DNA from: an uncultured Candidatus Saccharibacteria bacterium
Lineage (GTDB): Bacteria; Patescibacteriota; Saccharimonadia; Saccharimonadales; CAIOMD01
Assembly: GCA_903859365.1 (NCBI GenBank)
Contig: CAIOMD010000003.1
Coordinates: forward strand, 1-46,042
Length of the DNA: 46,042 bases
Direction: 5' to 3'
The notes under the pieces are model-generated. The model worked only from the letters and a program-made list of their open reading frames with translations, ran no database searches and was not told the origin of the DNA. The translations under genes were made by a program, and so were the position numbers. The stretch's first letter is position 1. Each line of letters begins with the position of its first letter. Below are positions 1 through 10,305 of the stretch, piece by piece.

Positions 1-1
1 A

Positions 2-160
2 ACACTACCTGGACTACTTGATCGAGGATCTGTTTGCTCAATCACCATGGCTGCAGAAGTATTCAACCTACCGAACTATTTATACTTCACAAGCTCAACC
101 GGCAACAGTGGATCACAGACACAATTCCAGTCACTTTATTCGGCTCCGCCATTGTTGTAG
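2..160 (+). CDS. 3' end of an upstream CDS (partial, hypothetical)
   Basis: Frame 2 is open from the window edge to TAG at 158-160 (TLPGLLDRGSVC...QSLYSAPPLL*), ending just before the pilM promoter. Confidence 0.5.
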   Translation, partial: TLPGLLDRGSVCSITMAAEVFNLPNYLYFTSSTGNSGSQTQFQSLYSAPPLL

Positions 161-202
161 ATATATTTTTATTCATAGTGGTTATGCTATATAATTAAAG
201 AT

Positions 203-1243
203 ATGAGTTTAATAGATGGCATCGGTAGTTTCTTCGGTCTTGACATAGGAAATTCTGGCATTAGGCTAGTCGAAGTTCGTAGTTCCGGAAAACAGATGCA
301 ACTAATTAATTACGCACTTGTTCCTGTTGATTCACATCTTATACTTAGCGACTCACCTGCAGACTTTCAGAAAGTTGCTAATATAATAAAACAACTTGTT
401 TTGCAGGCTAAAACCTCCAGTAAAAATGTAGCAGTTAATTTGCCTTCAGCGCGCGTTTTTACCACTATAGTAGACATGGAAAAGCTGTCATCTGATGAGT
501 TAGCAAAAAGTATCAAATATCAAGCGGATACACTCATACCAACTCCCGTTGAAACAAGTAAAATAGACTGGGCTTTGCTGGGGCAATCTCCCGTAGACAA
601 AAATAAGGTTGAAGTGCTTATATCGAGTGTTTCGAATTCTTATATTGAGCGACTCGTAGACATGATTGAGAATATCGGTTTAAATGTTGTCGCCTTTGAG
701 CCTGATTCAATCGCTATGGCAAGGGCTTTGTTGCCCGCAAACCAGGTTGAGCCTAGTGTTGTTCTTGATATTGGAGCGGTATCCTCAGATTTAGTTATTT
801 CAATGAATGGAGGCCCTCGGCTTATTCGCTCAATACCAATTGGACTTGAAAGTATGGTTCGTACTGTTTCAGAAAATCTATCAATTGAAACAAATCAGGC
901 ACAAGAATTTGTTTATAAATTTGGCTTGTCAAAAGACAAAGTTGAAGGACAAATATTTAATGCACTTACAATGGCTACAGAAAACTTGTTCGCTGAAATT
1001 GATAAATCTATAAAATTTTTTCAAAATAGATATAAAAATACAGCACTTACATACTTTTACGTAACCGGGGGGGCATCTATTATTCCCGAATTTCCACTTT
1101 ATATAGCAAATAGATATGGGATAAAGGTTGAAATAGGAAACGCCTGGACCAATATATCTATTCCTGAAAATAAGAGAAATGATCTTCTAGCAGTTGCTAA
1201 TCAATTCTCTGTAGCTGCAGGGCTAGCGGAAAGATCACTATGA
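203..1243 (+). CDS. pilM: Type IV pilus assembly protein PilM (actin-like)
   Basis: GLDIG phosphate-1 motif, VLDIGA, VTGGAS and AAGLA C-terminus; first gene of the pil cluster. Confidence 0.95.
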   Translation: MSLIDGIGSFFGLDIGNSGIRLVEVRSSGKQMQLINYALVPVDSHLILSDSPADFQKVANIIKQLVLQAKTSSKNVAVNLPSARVFTTIVDMEKLSSDELAKSIKYQADTLIPTPVETSKIDWALLGQSPVDKNKVEVLISSVSNSYIERLVDMIENIGLNVVAFEPDSIAMARALLPANQVEPSVVLDIGAVSSDLVISMNGGPRLIRSIPIGLESMVRTVSENLSIETNQAQEFVYKFGLSKDKVEGQIFNALTMATENLFAEIDKSIKFFQNRYKNTALTYFYVTGGASIIPEFPLYIANRYGIKVEIGNAWTNISIPENKRNDLLAVANQFSVAAGLAERSL

Positions 1244-1968
1244 TTCAGCTAAATTTATTACCACAAGTAAAAATCAATTTTATCAAATCACAAAAACTTA
1301 AAAGAGTTGCTTTGATGGTCTGCATACCTTTAATGACGATCAGCATCCTTCTAGTTGTATTTCTTGCTTACATTGTGTACGGATCCCAAAAATCAAAGCT
1401 GTCTTCCTTAGACACTAAGGCAGCAGCTTCAATTGATCAACTTAACGGAGTTAAGGGCCTTGGAAAAATACTTACCGTTCAGAATCAACTTAATAATTTA
1501 GATAGTTTACACGCAACAAAACCCATAACCAGCCGTATTTTTACCTGGCTAAACCAGTTAACGCCAAACGATGTATCAATTTCAAAGTTGACTATAGATT
1601 ACCCAACGAAAACCATAACTATCGAAGGAGCCTCAATCACAACGAATTTGATTAATCAGTTTGCAGATACTTTAAAGTTTACAACATATACTGATAGCAA
1701 AACCAACAGCGCAACTCCTTATGCATTCAGCAACGTGGTTCTATCAAATTTTTCTTTCAATAATTCTGGCGGTCTGATTGTTGACTATACTCTGACAGCC
1801 ACCTTTGATCCAATATTATTTAATGTGCAGACAAGTAATGTAAAGCTCGTCATCCCCAACCAAGTTACAACTAGATCTCAAACAGAAAACCCAGATGTAC
1901 TTTTTAAACCTAAGGTTGCGCCACCTACGAATCAATCTGCTACTAATAACGGTGGGGGAGGTAACTAG
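1240..1968 (+). CDS. pilN: PilN-like type IV pilus alignment protein
   Basis: N-terminal LNLLP PilM-binding motif, single TM helix, ATGA overlap with pilM. Confidence 0.85.
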   Translation: MIQLNLLPQVKINFIKSQKLKRVALMVCIPLMTISILLVVFLAYIVYGSQKSKLSSLDTKAAASIDQLNGVKGLGKILTVQNQLNNLDSLHATKPITSRIFTWLNQLTPNDVSISKLTIDYPTKTITIEGASITTNLINQFADTLKFTTYTDSKTNSATPYAFSNVVLSNFSFNNSGGLIVDYTLTATFDPILFNVQTSNVKLVIPNQVTTRSQTENPDVLFKPKVAPPTNQSATNNGGGGN

Positions 1969-1971
1969 CAA

Positions 1972-2661
1972 ATGGCAACATTTAAAAAAACGTTAGAGTT
2001 TACTACGAAACAAACTCTAGTAGATAAAGACAATACTTTTATTCTTTTTCTTTTAGCGACAACTTCTGCAGTTACTATTTTTTGTCTCGTTTCAGCAAAC
2101 AGTTTGTATGCAAAAATGAATTATCAAAATAAAGTTATTGGCATCAAGAATAATGCAGCAAACCAATTAGATTCCAACTATAATGCATCACAAAACTTAA
2201 CATCATCATATCAAAATTTTCAAGCTCAGTCTGTTCCCGTTAAAGGTGTTCAATCTAATGCAGTTATGGTGCTTGATGCACTTCCCAGTAAGTATGATTT
2301 TCCTGCTTTATTTACTAGTTTGTCAACAAGAATGTTATCGGATAAGCTGATAGAAAAAAATTTAACAGCCACAGATAATCAGGTTAATGCGCTTCAAAGC
2401 AGCCCTGACCCCACACTTGTTGCTATGCCATTCAGTATTTCAGGGGAAGGATCCATTATGTCAATTGAAAGTTATATATCGGATCTTGAAAATTCGATAC
2501 GACCAATAGTGATTTCTAACATTGTTATTGATATTGGCCAAACTACTGACTCAAGTCAGTCCATTCCAAAATTAGATATTAACGCGACAACCTATTACCA
2601 ACCGGAAAAAACGTTTAATATTGTTAACAAGACAGTTACGGCGAATGGAGTACTACAATGA
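1972..2661 (+). CDS. pilO: PilO-like type IV pilus alignment protein
   Basis: Single TM, coiled coil, 'ALPSKYDFPAL' and 'GEGS...LENSIRP' PilO-like segments; position after pilN. Confidence 0.75.
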   Translation: MATFKKTLEFTTKQTLVDKDNTFILFLLATTSAVTIFCLVSANSLYAKMNYQNKVIGIKNNAANQLDSNYNASQNLTSSYQNFQAQSVPVKGVQSNAVMVLDALPSKYDFPALFTSLSTRMLSDKLIEKNLTATDNQVNALQSSPDPTLVAMPFSISGEGSIMSIESYISDLENSIRPIVISNIVIDIGQTTDSSQSIPKLDINATTYYQPEKTFNIVNKTVTANGVLQ

Positions 2662-2897
2662 AACAAAAAGACCTTGTAACTATTATTTTTATTTCATTAA
2701 TCGCAGCTGCATTTAGTTTTTTGGTATCTAATTTACTTTTTGGAGGTGTGAAAACCTATAGTTTAACTGCCCCAGAGGTGGCTCCTATCACTGATCAATT
2801 TACACTGCCAAATTCACTTTATTTTAATGGAAATTCTGTAGATCTGACTCAGATAATAACCATTGGCAATGCACCAAGCAAAAATAATGTTAAGTAA
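2658..2897 (+). CDS. Small single-TM hypothetical protein in the pil operon
   Basis: 79 aa, N-terminal hydrophobic helix, ATGA overlap with pilO. Confidence 0.75.
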   Translation: MKQKDLVTIIFISLIAAAFSFLVSNLLFGGVKTYSLTAPEVAPITDQFTLPNSLYFNGNSVDLTQIITIGNAPSKNNVK

Positions 2898-2909
2898 TGT
2901 AGAGGTGCT

Positions 2910-4682
2910 ATGAGCGTTTTGATTGGAGATAACCAAAAACAACTAGAAGCTATTCTCATTTCTAGTAACTTAATCACTCCTGAAGAAATTAATTTATTGC
3001 ATGAAAAATCTAAAAAAAATGGTGAGCCATTTCTAAGCTTAGTTATTAAAGAAGGTGGTGTTAGCAATGAGCAACTTACAAAAGCCCTTTCTACTATTTC
3101 TAAAATTCCTTACGTAAATTTGTTAAACGCAAAAATTAACGCAAAAATTTTAGATCTTTTGCCTCAAGAGATAGCCGAAAGGTATATGGCGGTGCCTCTT
3201 GGTGAAATGCAAAATAAACTTGTCGTAGCGATGCTCGATGCTGATAATGTTCAGGCCGTTGATTTTCTCTCTAACCGAATTGGAAGACAATTAACCGTTT
3301 ACATGGCAAGCCAAGAGGGTATAGATAATGTATTGAAGCAATATGGGCTGAACGTAGCTGTTGACGTTAAGAATACACTTTCGGGAAAGGCAGAGGATAC
3401 TGCCACAGATAAAAGTAATGATATCCAGACACTTGTTCAGGATTCCCCAATATCCAAAGCCTTAACAACAATTATGGAATTTGCAGCACGCTCGGGAGCA
3501 AGTGATATACATATTGAGCCTCTGGAAAAAGAGCTGAAAATACGATGTAGAATTGATGGTATCTTAAAAGAAATAATGAAACTCCCAAAATCTACAGAAC
3601 CACCTCTCATAAGTAGAATTAAAATTCTCTCCAATCTTAAAATTGATGAGCACAGAATACCGCAAGATGGCCAATTTAGTTTTGTAGTTGATAAAAAAGT
3701 AATTGATCTTCGTATTGCTATTAGTCCTGTTGTATGGGGTGAACAAGTTGTTATTCGTTTACTTGATAAGTCTGGAACAAGTTTGAAGCTTGAAGACATG
3801 GGATATAGTGGTCGTGCTCTTAGAACTATCAGAAAAGGAATACAAAATCCAAATGGTATGATTTTGACATCTGGGCCTACAGGCTCAGGTAAATCAACCA
3901 GCCTATATGCGCTCATACAAGAGATTAAAAGTGATGGCATTAATATCGTAACACTTGAGGACCCTGTTGAATATAAGATGGATGGAATTAATCAGATTCA
4001 GGTTAATGCAGAAGTAGGGCTCACGTTTGCTAGCGGACTCAGAAGTATTTTACGCCAAGACCCTGATGTTGTTATGGTAGGAGAAATACGCGATAAGGAA
4101 ACTGCTTCATTGGCTGTCCAGGCTGCTCTTACAGGTCACTTAGTGCTTTCTACTTTGCACACTAATAGTGCAGCCGGTATTTTACCTCGCCTGTTAGATA
4201 TGGAAATCGAGCCATTTTTAATTGCTAGCACAGTTCGAACTGTAATCGGGCAACGGTTAGTCAGAAGAATAAGCGGAAAACCGCAACCATATGAATCCAG
4301 CAAACTAGAAACAGAAGCAATAAATCTTTCGGTAGGAGATTTATTACCGAAGAATGATGAAGAAAAGAAAAAAGTTATTGAAGATTTAGGGTATGGAAAC
4401 TTGCCACTTGCAGGACAAAAAGCTTATACTTTATTTCAAGGAGCCGCTACTAAAAATAATCCAAATGGAGAATATAAGGGACGCGTTGGACTCTATGAAG
4501 TTTTTAATATTACTGAAGACATTCAAGACCTTATTATAAAAAAGGCAACGAGCGCTGAAATACAAAAGAAAGCGGAAGAGCAGGGGATGATAACTATGAG
4601 ACAAGATGGAATTTTCAAAGCATTAGCCGGAAAAACTACTATTTCAGAGGTTAATCGTGTTTCTGCAGAGGAGAGCGCTTAA
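2910..4682 (+). CDS. pilB: Type IV pilus extension ATPase PilB/GspE family
   Basis: ASDIHIEP, Walker A GPTGSGKS, TLEDPVE, LRQDPD, GEIRD and TGHLVLSTLHTN. Confidence 0.95.
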   Translation: MSVLIGDNQKQLEAILISSNLITPEEINLLHEKSKKNGEPFLSLVIKEGGVSNEQLTKALSTISKIPYVNLLNAKINAKILDLLPQEIAERYMAVPLGEMQNKLVVAMLDADNVQAVDFLSNRIGRQLTVYMASQEGIDNVLKQYGLNVAVDVKNTLSGKAEDTATDKSNDIQTLVQDSPISKALTTIMEFAARSGASDIHIEPLEKELKIRCRIDGILKEIMKLPKSTEPPLISRIKILSNLKIDEHRIPQDGQFSFVVDKKVIDLRIAISPVVWGEQVVIRLLDKSGTSLKLEDMGYSGRALRTIRKGIQNPNGMILTSGPTGSGKSTSLYALIQEIKSDGINIVTLEDPVEYKMDGINQIQVNAEVGLTFASGLRSILRQDPDVVMVGEIRDKETASLAVQAALTGHLVLSTLHTNSAAGILPRLLDMEIEPFLIASTVRTVIGQRLVRRISGKPQPYESSKLETEAINLSVGDLLPKNDEEKKKVIEDLGYGNLPLAGQKAYTLFQGAATKNNPNGEYKGRVGLYEVFNITEDIQDLIIKKATSAEIQKKAEEQGMITMRQDGIFKALAGKTTISEVNRVSAEESA

Positions 4683-5749
4683 TGCAAGCTGATATTAAAA
4701 TAGAGACCCTTTTAGATGAGGTGGTAAAAAGAAATGCGAGCGATCTTCACCTTCAGGTAGGTACAGTGCCTATGCTTCGTATAGATGGATCCCTTAGACC
4801 GATTGCTGGGCTAGAGGCACTTACAGAAGAATCTGTTGAAAAAATAATCTTCTCAATTTTAGACGAAGATCAGAAAACAATCCTTTTGAGAGATAAAGAA
4901 TTTGACTTTAGCTTTGCCTATGGGGAACTGGGGCGTTTTCGTGTAAATGCTTTTCACGAAAGAGGCAATATAGCTGCAGCGCTGCGACTTATTCCAAGTA
5001 AAATTCTAACTATAGAACAATTAGGTCTACCAAGTATTGTAAATAAATTTGCAGATATACCGCGAGGTTTAGTGCTTGTAACGGGACCTACGGGTTCGGG
5101 TAAATCAACTACACTTGCGTCGATCATTCATAAGATTAACCAAGAAAAATCTTCCCACATTATTACTATTGAAGACCCAATTGAATACACCCATAAGAGC
5201 TTAAAGAGCCTCGTTGTGCAACGTGAAGTACATTACGACACATTTAGTTTTAGTGCGGCGCTTCGAAGTAGCTTGCGAGAAGACCCTGATATTGTGCTTA
5301 TTGGAGAGATGAGAGATCTTGAAACCATTGCGTCAGCTATTACAATAGCCGAGACAGGGCATCTCGTCTTCGCAACTCTCCACACTAATGGAGCTGCACA
5401 AAGCCTGGATCGAATGATTGATGTTTTTCCTCCCCATCAACAGCCACAAATACGAGCCCAGTTATCCAATATTTTAATGGCTATTGTTTCGCAGCGATTA
5501 ATTCCGCGCATTGGTGGCGGGAGAGTGGCAGCAGCAGAAATCTTAGTTGCGAATGCTGCCGTACGGAACGTAATACGTGAAGGAAAGAGCCATCAGCTTG
5601 ATATCATTATTCAAACCTCTGCGGAGCAAGGCATGCAAACAATGGACAAAACATTAGTTAATCTAATTCATAGTGGCGTTATTACTTATGAAGAAGCAAG
5701 AAACTACGCAGTTGATATACAGGAATTAGATAGGCTTATGAGGCGATAG
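4682..5749 (+). CDS. pilT: Type IV pilus retraction ATPase PilT
   Basis: ASDLHL, GPTGSGKSTT, LREDPD, AETGH and AVRNVIRE (AIRNLIRE-like) motif. Confidence 0.96.
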   Translation: MQADIKIETLLDEVVKRNASDLHLQVGTVPMLRIDGSLRPIAGLEALTEESVEKIIFSILDEDQKTILLRDKEFDFSFAYGELGRFRVNAFHERGNIAAALRLIPSKILTIEQLGLPSIVNKFADIPRGLVLVTGPTGSGKSTTLASIIHKINQEKSSHIITIEDPIEYTHKSLKSLVVQREVHYDTFSFSAALRSSLREDPDIVLIGEMRDLETIASAITIAETGHLVFATLHTNGAAQSLDRMIDVFPPHQQPQIRAQLSNILMAIVSQRLIPRIGGGRVAAAEILVANAAVRNVIREGKSHQLDIIIQTSAEQGMQTMDKTLVNLIHSGVITYEEARNYAVDIQELDRLMRR

Positions 5750-5750
5750 T

Positions 5751-6959
5751 ATGGCAAACTTTAAATTTCAAGCTAGAGATACGACAAGCGGAAAACTAAT
5801 ACGATCCACTGTTGAAGCTCAGGATGAAAAAGCTGCTGCACAACTTATTCAATCAAAAGGCTTGAGCGTACTTTTAATTACAGGCGAAGATAGCAATAAA
5901 AAGAGTTATTTTAATAAAGTTAAAACCAAAGATCGAGTTTTGTTTGCCAGACAGTTGAGTACACTAATAAATGCAGGACTCCCTCTCGTTAAGAGTCTTC
6001 AGATGGTAGAGCACCAAACAAATAGCAAAACTCTCAAGACAATTCTCGTCAAGGTTCAGGCCAGTGTTGAATCAGGCAAGAGTCTCGGTGACTCGCTCAC
6101 TAATTATCCAGAAGCATTCAACGATATTTTCGTAAAAATGGTAGCAGCAGGAGAAGTGTCCGGAACACTTGATAAAACACTTGACCGCCTTGCCATGCAA
6201 CAAGAAAAAGATGCTGAAGTGATATCTAAGATTCGAAGTGCGATGACGTACCCACTTATAATCGTAGTCGTTATGATAGCGCTAGTTGGCTTTATGCTTA
6301 CGAGTGTTTTACCACAAGTACAAACGTTGTATGCCGGTTTTCCAGGTGCCAAATTACCAGCAACGACACTGTTGCTACTCTCGTTATCACATTTAGTAGA
6401 AAAATTTTGGTGGTTAACAATTTTGATTTTAATTGCAACTTTCTTTGGTGCAAGGGCGTGGTTTAGAACTGAAGGTGGGAGATCGTTTTTTGACCGAGCA
6501 AAACTTAGCGTTAAGCCGTTTAGCAGATTATTTAATAAACTTTATATGGCTAGGTTTACCCGAACTGGTTCAACACTAATTGCTAGTGGCGTCCCTTTAA
6601 TTCAAATGCTAGAAGTTACTTCCGAGGCAATAAATAACGTTATTATTGAAAAATCCATACAAGATGCCATAAAGCTGGTTCGTGGCGGAAAGAGTCTTTC
6701 TCAGGCAATCGAAAATGATAAACATTTTCTCGATCTCGTACCAAATATGATTAGAATTGGCGAAGAATCGGGTACACTTGATCAAATGATGGGAAAAGCT
6801 GCTGATTACTATGAAAAAGAATTAGACGATGAAATCAAAAATATATCTACGATTATTGAGCCGGTTCTTATGATTTTACTTGGGGTCGTTGCACTCGTTA
6901 TTGTAGGAGCCGTCCTCGGACCAATATATGGCCTTGCAGGCCAAAATCTTGGCGGGTAA
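5751..6959 (+). CDS. pilC: Type IV pilus platform protein PilC (T2SSF)
   Basis: FARQLSTLINAGLPL, GEVSGTL, GEESGTL and IEP motifs with two T2SSF repeats. Confidence 0.95.
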   Translation: MANFKFQARDTTSGKLIRSTVEAQDEKAAAQLIQSKGLSVLLITGEDSNKKSYFNKVKTKDRVLFARQLSTLINAGLPLVKSLQMVEHQTNSKTLKTILVKVQASVESGKSLGDSLTNYPEAFNDIFVKMVAAGEVSGTLDKTLDRLAMQQEKDAEVISKIRSAMTYPLIIVVVMIALVGFMLTSVLPQVQTLYAGFPGAKLPATTLLLLSLSHLVEKFWWLTILILIATFFGARAWFRTEGGRSFFDRAKLSVKPFSRLFNKLYMARFTRTGSTLIASGVPLIQMLEVTSEAINNVIIEKSIQDAIKLVRGGKSLSQAIENDKHFLDLVPNMIRIGEESGTLDQMMGKAADYYEKELDDEIKNISTIIEPVLMILLGVVALVIVGAVLGPIYGLAGQNLGG

Positions 6960-7029
6960 AATAGTTGCATTATATAGAAAAGCATATAAAATATAAGCAT
7001 AAGTAAATTAAGAAAGGGCACCACTTAAG

Positions 7030-7506
7030 ATGCAAAAGAAATTAAATAATAAAGGTTTTACGATAGTTGAAGTGCTAATTGTGCTTGCAATAGCAGGAGC
7101 AATCTTGGCTGCTGTGTTGATCGCAGTACCAGCACTACAAAGAAGCGGTCGTAATTCAACAATTAAAACTGCAGCTCAACAGTTAGTATCAGGTATTAAT
7201 GAGAATGAATCTGCCAATAATGGAAAAGTTCCTACTGCCGTTTCGGGGACGGGTGATATTACAGTTGCTAACACTATTTCCACTCACACAACAGTAGCGG
7301 GACAAGTAGTGGTCGCAACAGCTGCTGCTGGTAACAGCCCGGTTGTTAATCACATTACTGTTGTGTCAAACGCTACATGTTCGACAACACCAACAGCATC
7401 AACAGGAGCAGCGACAGTTACTGTAGTAGCAACTTCAGGCAGCTTCGGGATCATTTACCCAGTAGAAGGAGCGACTGCAACTACTTACGCATGCGTTCAG
7501 GGCTAA
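7030..7506 (+). CDS. pilA: Major type IV pilin (putative)
   Basis: Class III signal peptide KG|FTIVE, hydrophobic helix, C-terminal Cys pair, own RBS (AAAGGG) and downstream terminator. Confidence 0.85.
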   Translation: MQKKLNNKGFTIVEVLIVLAIAGAILAAVLIAVPALQRSGRNSTIKTAAQQLVSGINENESANNGKVPTAVSGTGDITVANTISTHTTVAGQVVVATAAAGNSPVVNHITVVSNATCSTTPTASTGAATVTVVATSGSFGIIYPVEGATATTYACVQG

Positions 7507-7526
7507 CTCATAATTTATGATTATGC

Positions 7527-7557
7527 CAAAAAAGGGAGCCAGCAGGCTCCTTTTTTG
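7527..7557 (+). terminator. Rho-independent terminator after the major pilin
   Basis: AAAAAAGGGAGCC-AGCA-GGCTCCTTTTTT. Confidence 0.85.
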
Positions 7558-7570
7558 TTAATCTATATCA

Positions 7571-8404
7571 ATGATATATATTATTTTTGTTTTAGGCCTA
7601 ATTTTTGGAAGCTTTCTAAATGCTTTTGAGTGGCGATTTTCTCAAAAAATTGATAGCTCGGGAAACCGGGTCAAGATAGGTAAAAATAAATCTAAAAACC
7701 TTTCAATTATTTACGGTAGGAGCATGTGTCCAAACTGTAAACATGAACTATTTTCATTAGACTTAACACCTGTCGTTAGCTGGTTATTTCTCAAGGGTAA
7801 ATGTAGGTATTGTGGAGTTCGAATATCTGCACAGTACCCATTTGTTGAGATCTCAACTGCATTCTTATTTGTTTTTTCATTCTTTTTTTATAAGTCAACT
7901 CTCCATACTATTCCTAATTATTTGCTATTTGCTAATTTATTAATTTTAATACTTGGATTTATAGTTTTATGTTTATTTGACATAAAGAAATACCTTCTTC
8001 CTTCAAGAATTATATATTTTTTGTTAATTACATCATTTTTATTACTATTAGCTGTATCCTTGATTGAAAGTGATCTTCATCTTTTATTTATTCGAATAAT
8101 GAATAGTCTGTTTTTTGGCTTAATTTTCTATAGTATTTATAAATTTTCAAATGGAAAGTGGTTAGGGGGCGGCGATGTCAGGTTGGCTTTTCTTCTTGGC
8201 CTTCAACTTTCTAGCTTCTCATTTATTCCCTTATGTTTATTCCTTTCCTCCATCACAGGACTAATTTATATTTTGGGTAGTAATTATTTTACTTCTAAAG
8301 AATTGAAGAAAATGATTCCCTTTGGTCCATTTTTGATGCTTTCCTGTTTAATTAGTATTTTTTTTGGAAAATTACTAATTAATTGGTATCTACATTTGTT
8401 GTAA
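7571..8404 (+). CDS. pilD: Prepilin peptidase PilD (A24)
   Basis: GSFLN, RSMCPNC and GKCRYC Zn motifs, GGGD catalytic motif, IPFGPFL. Confidence 0.95.
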   Translation: MIYIIFVLGLIFGSFLNAFEWRFSQKIDSSGNRVKIGKNKSKNLSIIYGRSMCPNCKHELFSLDLTPVVSWLFLKGKCRYCGVRISAQYPFVEISTAFLFVFSFFFYKSTLHTIPNYLLFANLLILILGFIVLCLFDIKKYLLPSRIIYFLLITSFLLLLAVSLIESDLHLLFIRIMNSLFFGLIFYSIYKFSNGKWLGGGDVRLAFLLGLQLSSFSFIPLCLFLSSITGLIYILGSNYFTSKELKKMIPFGPFLMLSCLISIFFGKLLINWYLHLL

Positions 8405-8436
8405 TAGTTTAAAATCCTTATGCTATAATTTATGTA

Positions 8437-9144
8437 ATGAATCATCTTAGTAAAGAGAGAGGGTTTACTATAGTTGAGACACTAATTGTTCTTGCTGTAG
8501 TAGGTGTTATCTCAGTATCAGTTATTATCACTATGTCTGGTAGAATTGCGAGTAATAGAGAACAGGACGGCATAGCGCATCTTGATTCACAATTAAGAAC
8601 ACTTGTTCAAGATGTTACTAATGGAAAGTATTCTCAAGGGCATCTTTCGTGCTCATTTAATGTTCTCGAATATACAGCAGCTAAAGATAGTGGCACTAGT
8701 ACCTTTGGAACAGGTACCGTAAATGGATATCCCGCAGACAACTGTGTATATGCAGGCAAAATGATTTCTTTTTATGATACATATTATCAGGTTGATACTC
8801 TGGCAACTATTGAAGGCCCTGGAATTACACAATTAACTCCGAATACCACACCCATCGTTACTAACGATCAGGTTAAATATACTTTTCCAGCGGCTATGAA
8901 ACTCAAAAACACCCCAACCCCGGTTTCCTTTTATATTTTCAATGCAAATAACTATAATGCATCAACGCTACCAACGTTTACATCAGGGCAGCAGAACGTC
9001 GTTTTCGCCAACACTATCAGTAATCCACTGCCTCCTCTGAATAGCACGATTTTGTTGTGTTTTTATAATTCAAATGTCATGTCGAGCCTTGCAGTAAACC
9101 CTAATAATACAATAGCAACTAAATTAATTGATAGCTCATGCTAA
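8437..9144 (+). CDS. Minor pilin (FimU/FimT-like position)
   Basis: RG|FTIVE class III signal peptide. Confidence 0.85.
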   Translation: MNHLSKERGFTIVETLIVLAVVGVISVSVIITMSGRIASNREQDGIAHLDSQLRTLVQDVTNGKYSQGHLSCSFNVLEYTAAKDSGTSTFGTGTVNGYPADNCVYAGKMISFYDTYYQVDTLATIEGPGITQLTPNTTPIVTNDQVKYTFPAAMKLKNTPTPVSFYIFNANNYNASTLPTFTSGQQNVVFANTISNPLPPLNSTILLCFYNSNVMSSLAVNPNNTIATKLIDSSC

Positions 9145-9668
9145 AGTACATTGACAATCAGAGAGGGGAGACTATTGTAGAGGTGTTAATTTGCATTGCT
9201 ATTCTTACCTTGGGTTTTACTTCAGCATTCCTTATTTCGAATCAATCAACTAACACTACAATAGAAAATGAAGCAACCTATCAGGCACAACTATACGCGC
9301 AACAACAAGTAAGCCTTTTGCATGTTTATGTTGCGACAGATCTTGCTTCTTCTGTGCGATCACTAACAACCCCATTTTTCCTAGCCTTAGATCCACATAA
9401 TGGAACAGTAAGTATGAGCGGTTCAGCTCCGCATCTAATTTCTGCGACTCAGGGTACTTCCGGTTTATATTACTGCGTGAAGACGATAAATCTGGGCAGA
9501 TATGATAGTACTGGTAATCCGAGTGCATCTGGGGGCAGGCAGCTCAATTATTTTCAAGTTGAGGTTGCTTGGGATACAAATAATGATTTATCAAATCCTG
9601 GCACTATCTGTAACTGGTCGTTACCCAATCACGCTTTAGGAACATTAAGTGAGTATTATGCAATATAA
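9138..9668 (+). CDS. Minor pilin (PilV-like position)
   Basis: RG|ETIVE pilin-like N-terminus plus hydrophobic helix. Confidence 0.8.
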   Translation: MLKYIDNQRGETIVEVLICIAILTLGFTSAFLISNQSTNTTIENEATYQAQLYAQQQVSLLHVYVATDLASSVRSLTTPFFLALDPHNGTVSMSGSAPHLISATQGTSGLYYCVKTINLGRYDSTGNPSASGGRQLNYFQVEVAWDTNNDLSNPGTICNWSLPNHALGTLSEYYAI

Positions 9669-10305
9669 AAATAATAGAGGCTTTACTATTGTAGAAACAA
9701 TGATTGCAGTTGCAGTGTTTACATTTATTGCTGGAATAGCTACTTTCGTGACAATTCAATTAAGCAAGAGTTACCAGCAAGGAGTAACTAGATCAAAATT
9801 AGACACTGCTGCACGTAATGTTAATTATTTATTCACACAAGCAGTCCAATATACAAAATCTCCAATGACACAACCTGCCACCGCTCCATCAATTTTTCCC
9901 GCTGGTCAAAATTGGTATGTGTGGTGCGCCGGTAATTATAGATTCTCATGGAGAATTTCAAGTGGATCAACAATTTACATAGATAGTCTTTTCGAAGACA
10001 AAATATCCGATCAAGCAAATTGTACGAGTGCATCATTTAGTAGCAGTGGATCATCGACCCAACTTTTAACAACTCCCGGAACATTTGTTTCGTTATTTGA
10101 TATACAAAATACTTCAAACGTCTGGGATTTAAGGATGGCTATTGCAAGTGGTGATATTAACTCTTTTAGGAATAATACTGTTTCAGCGAACTTAGCCACT
10201 ACTCCTATAACTCTCCCTGTATGTAATCAAATAAGTATTAGTAATTTTTCTTTTTGTGGCGTAGTGTATTATGATAATAGCGTAAGTAGTTTGGTAGTTA
10301 ATTAA
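9658..10305 (+). CDS. Minor pilin (PilW-like position)
   Basis: RG|FTIVE motif; ATG at 9658 preferred over GTG at 9649. Confidence 0.85.
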   Translation: MQYKNNRGFTIVETMIAVAVFTFIAGIATFVTIQLSKSYQQGVTRSKLDTAARNVNYLFTQAVQYTKSPMTQPATAPSIFPAGQNWYVWCAGNYRFSWRISSGSTIYIDSLFEDKISDQANCTSASFSSSGSSTQLLTTPGTFVSLFDIQNTSNVWDLRMAIASGDINSFRNNTVSANLATTPITLPVCNQISISNFSFCGVVYYDNSVSSLVVN

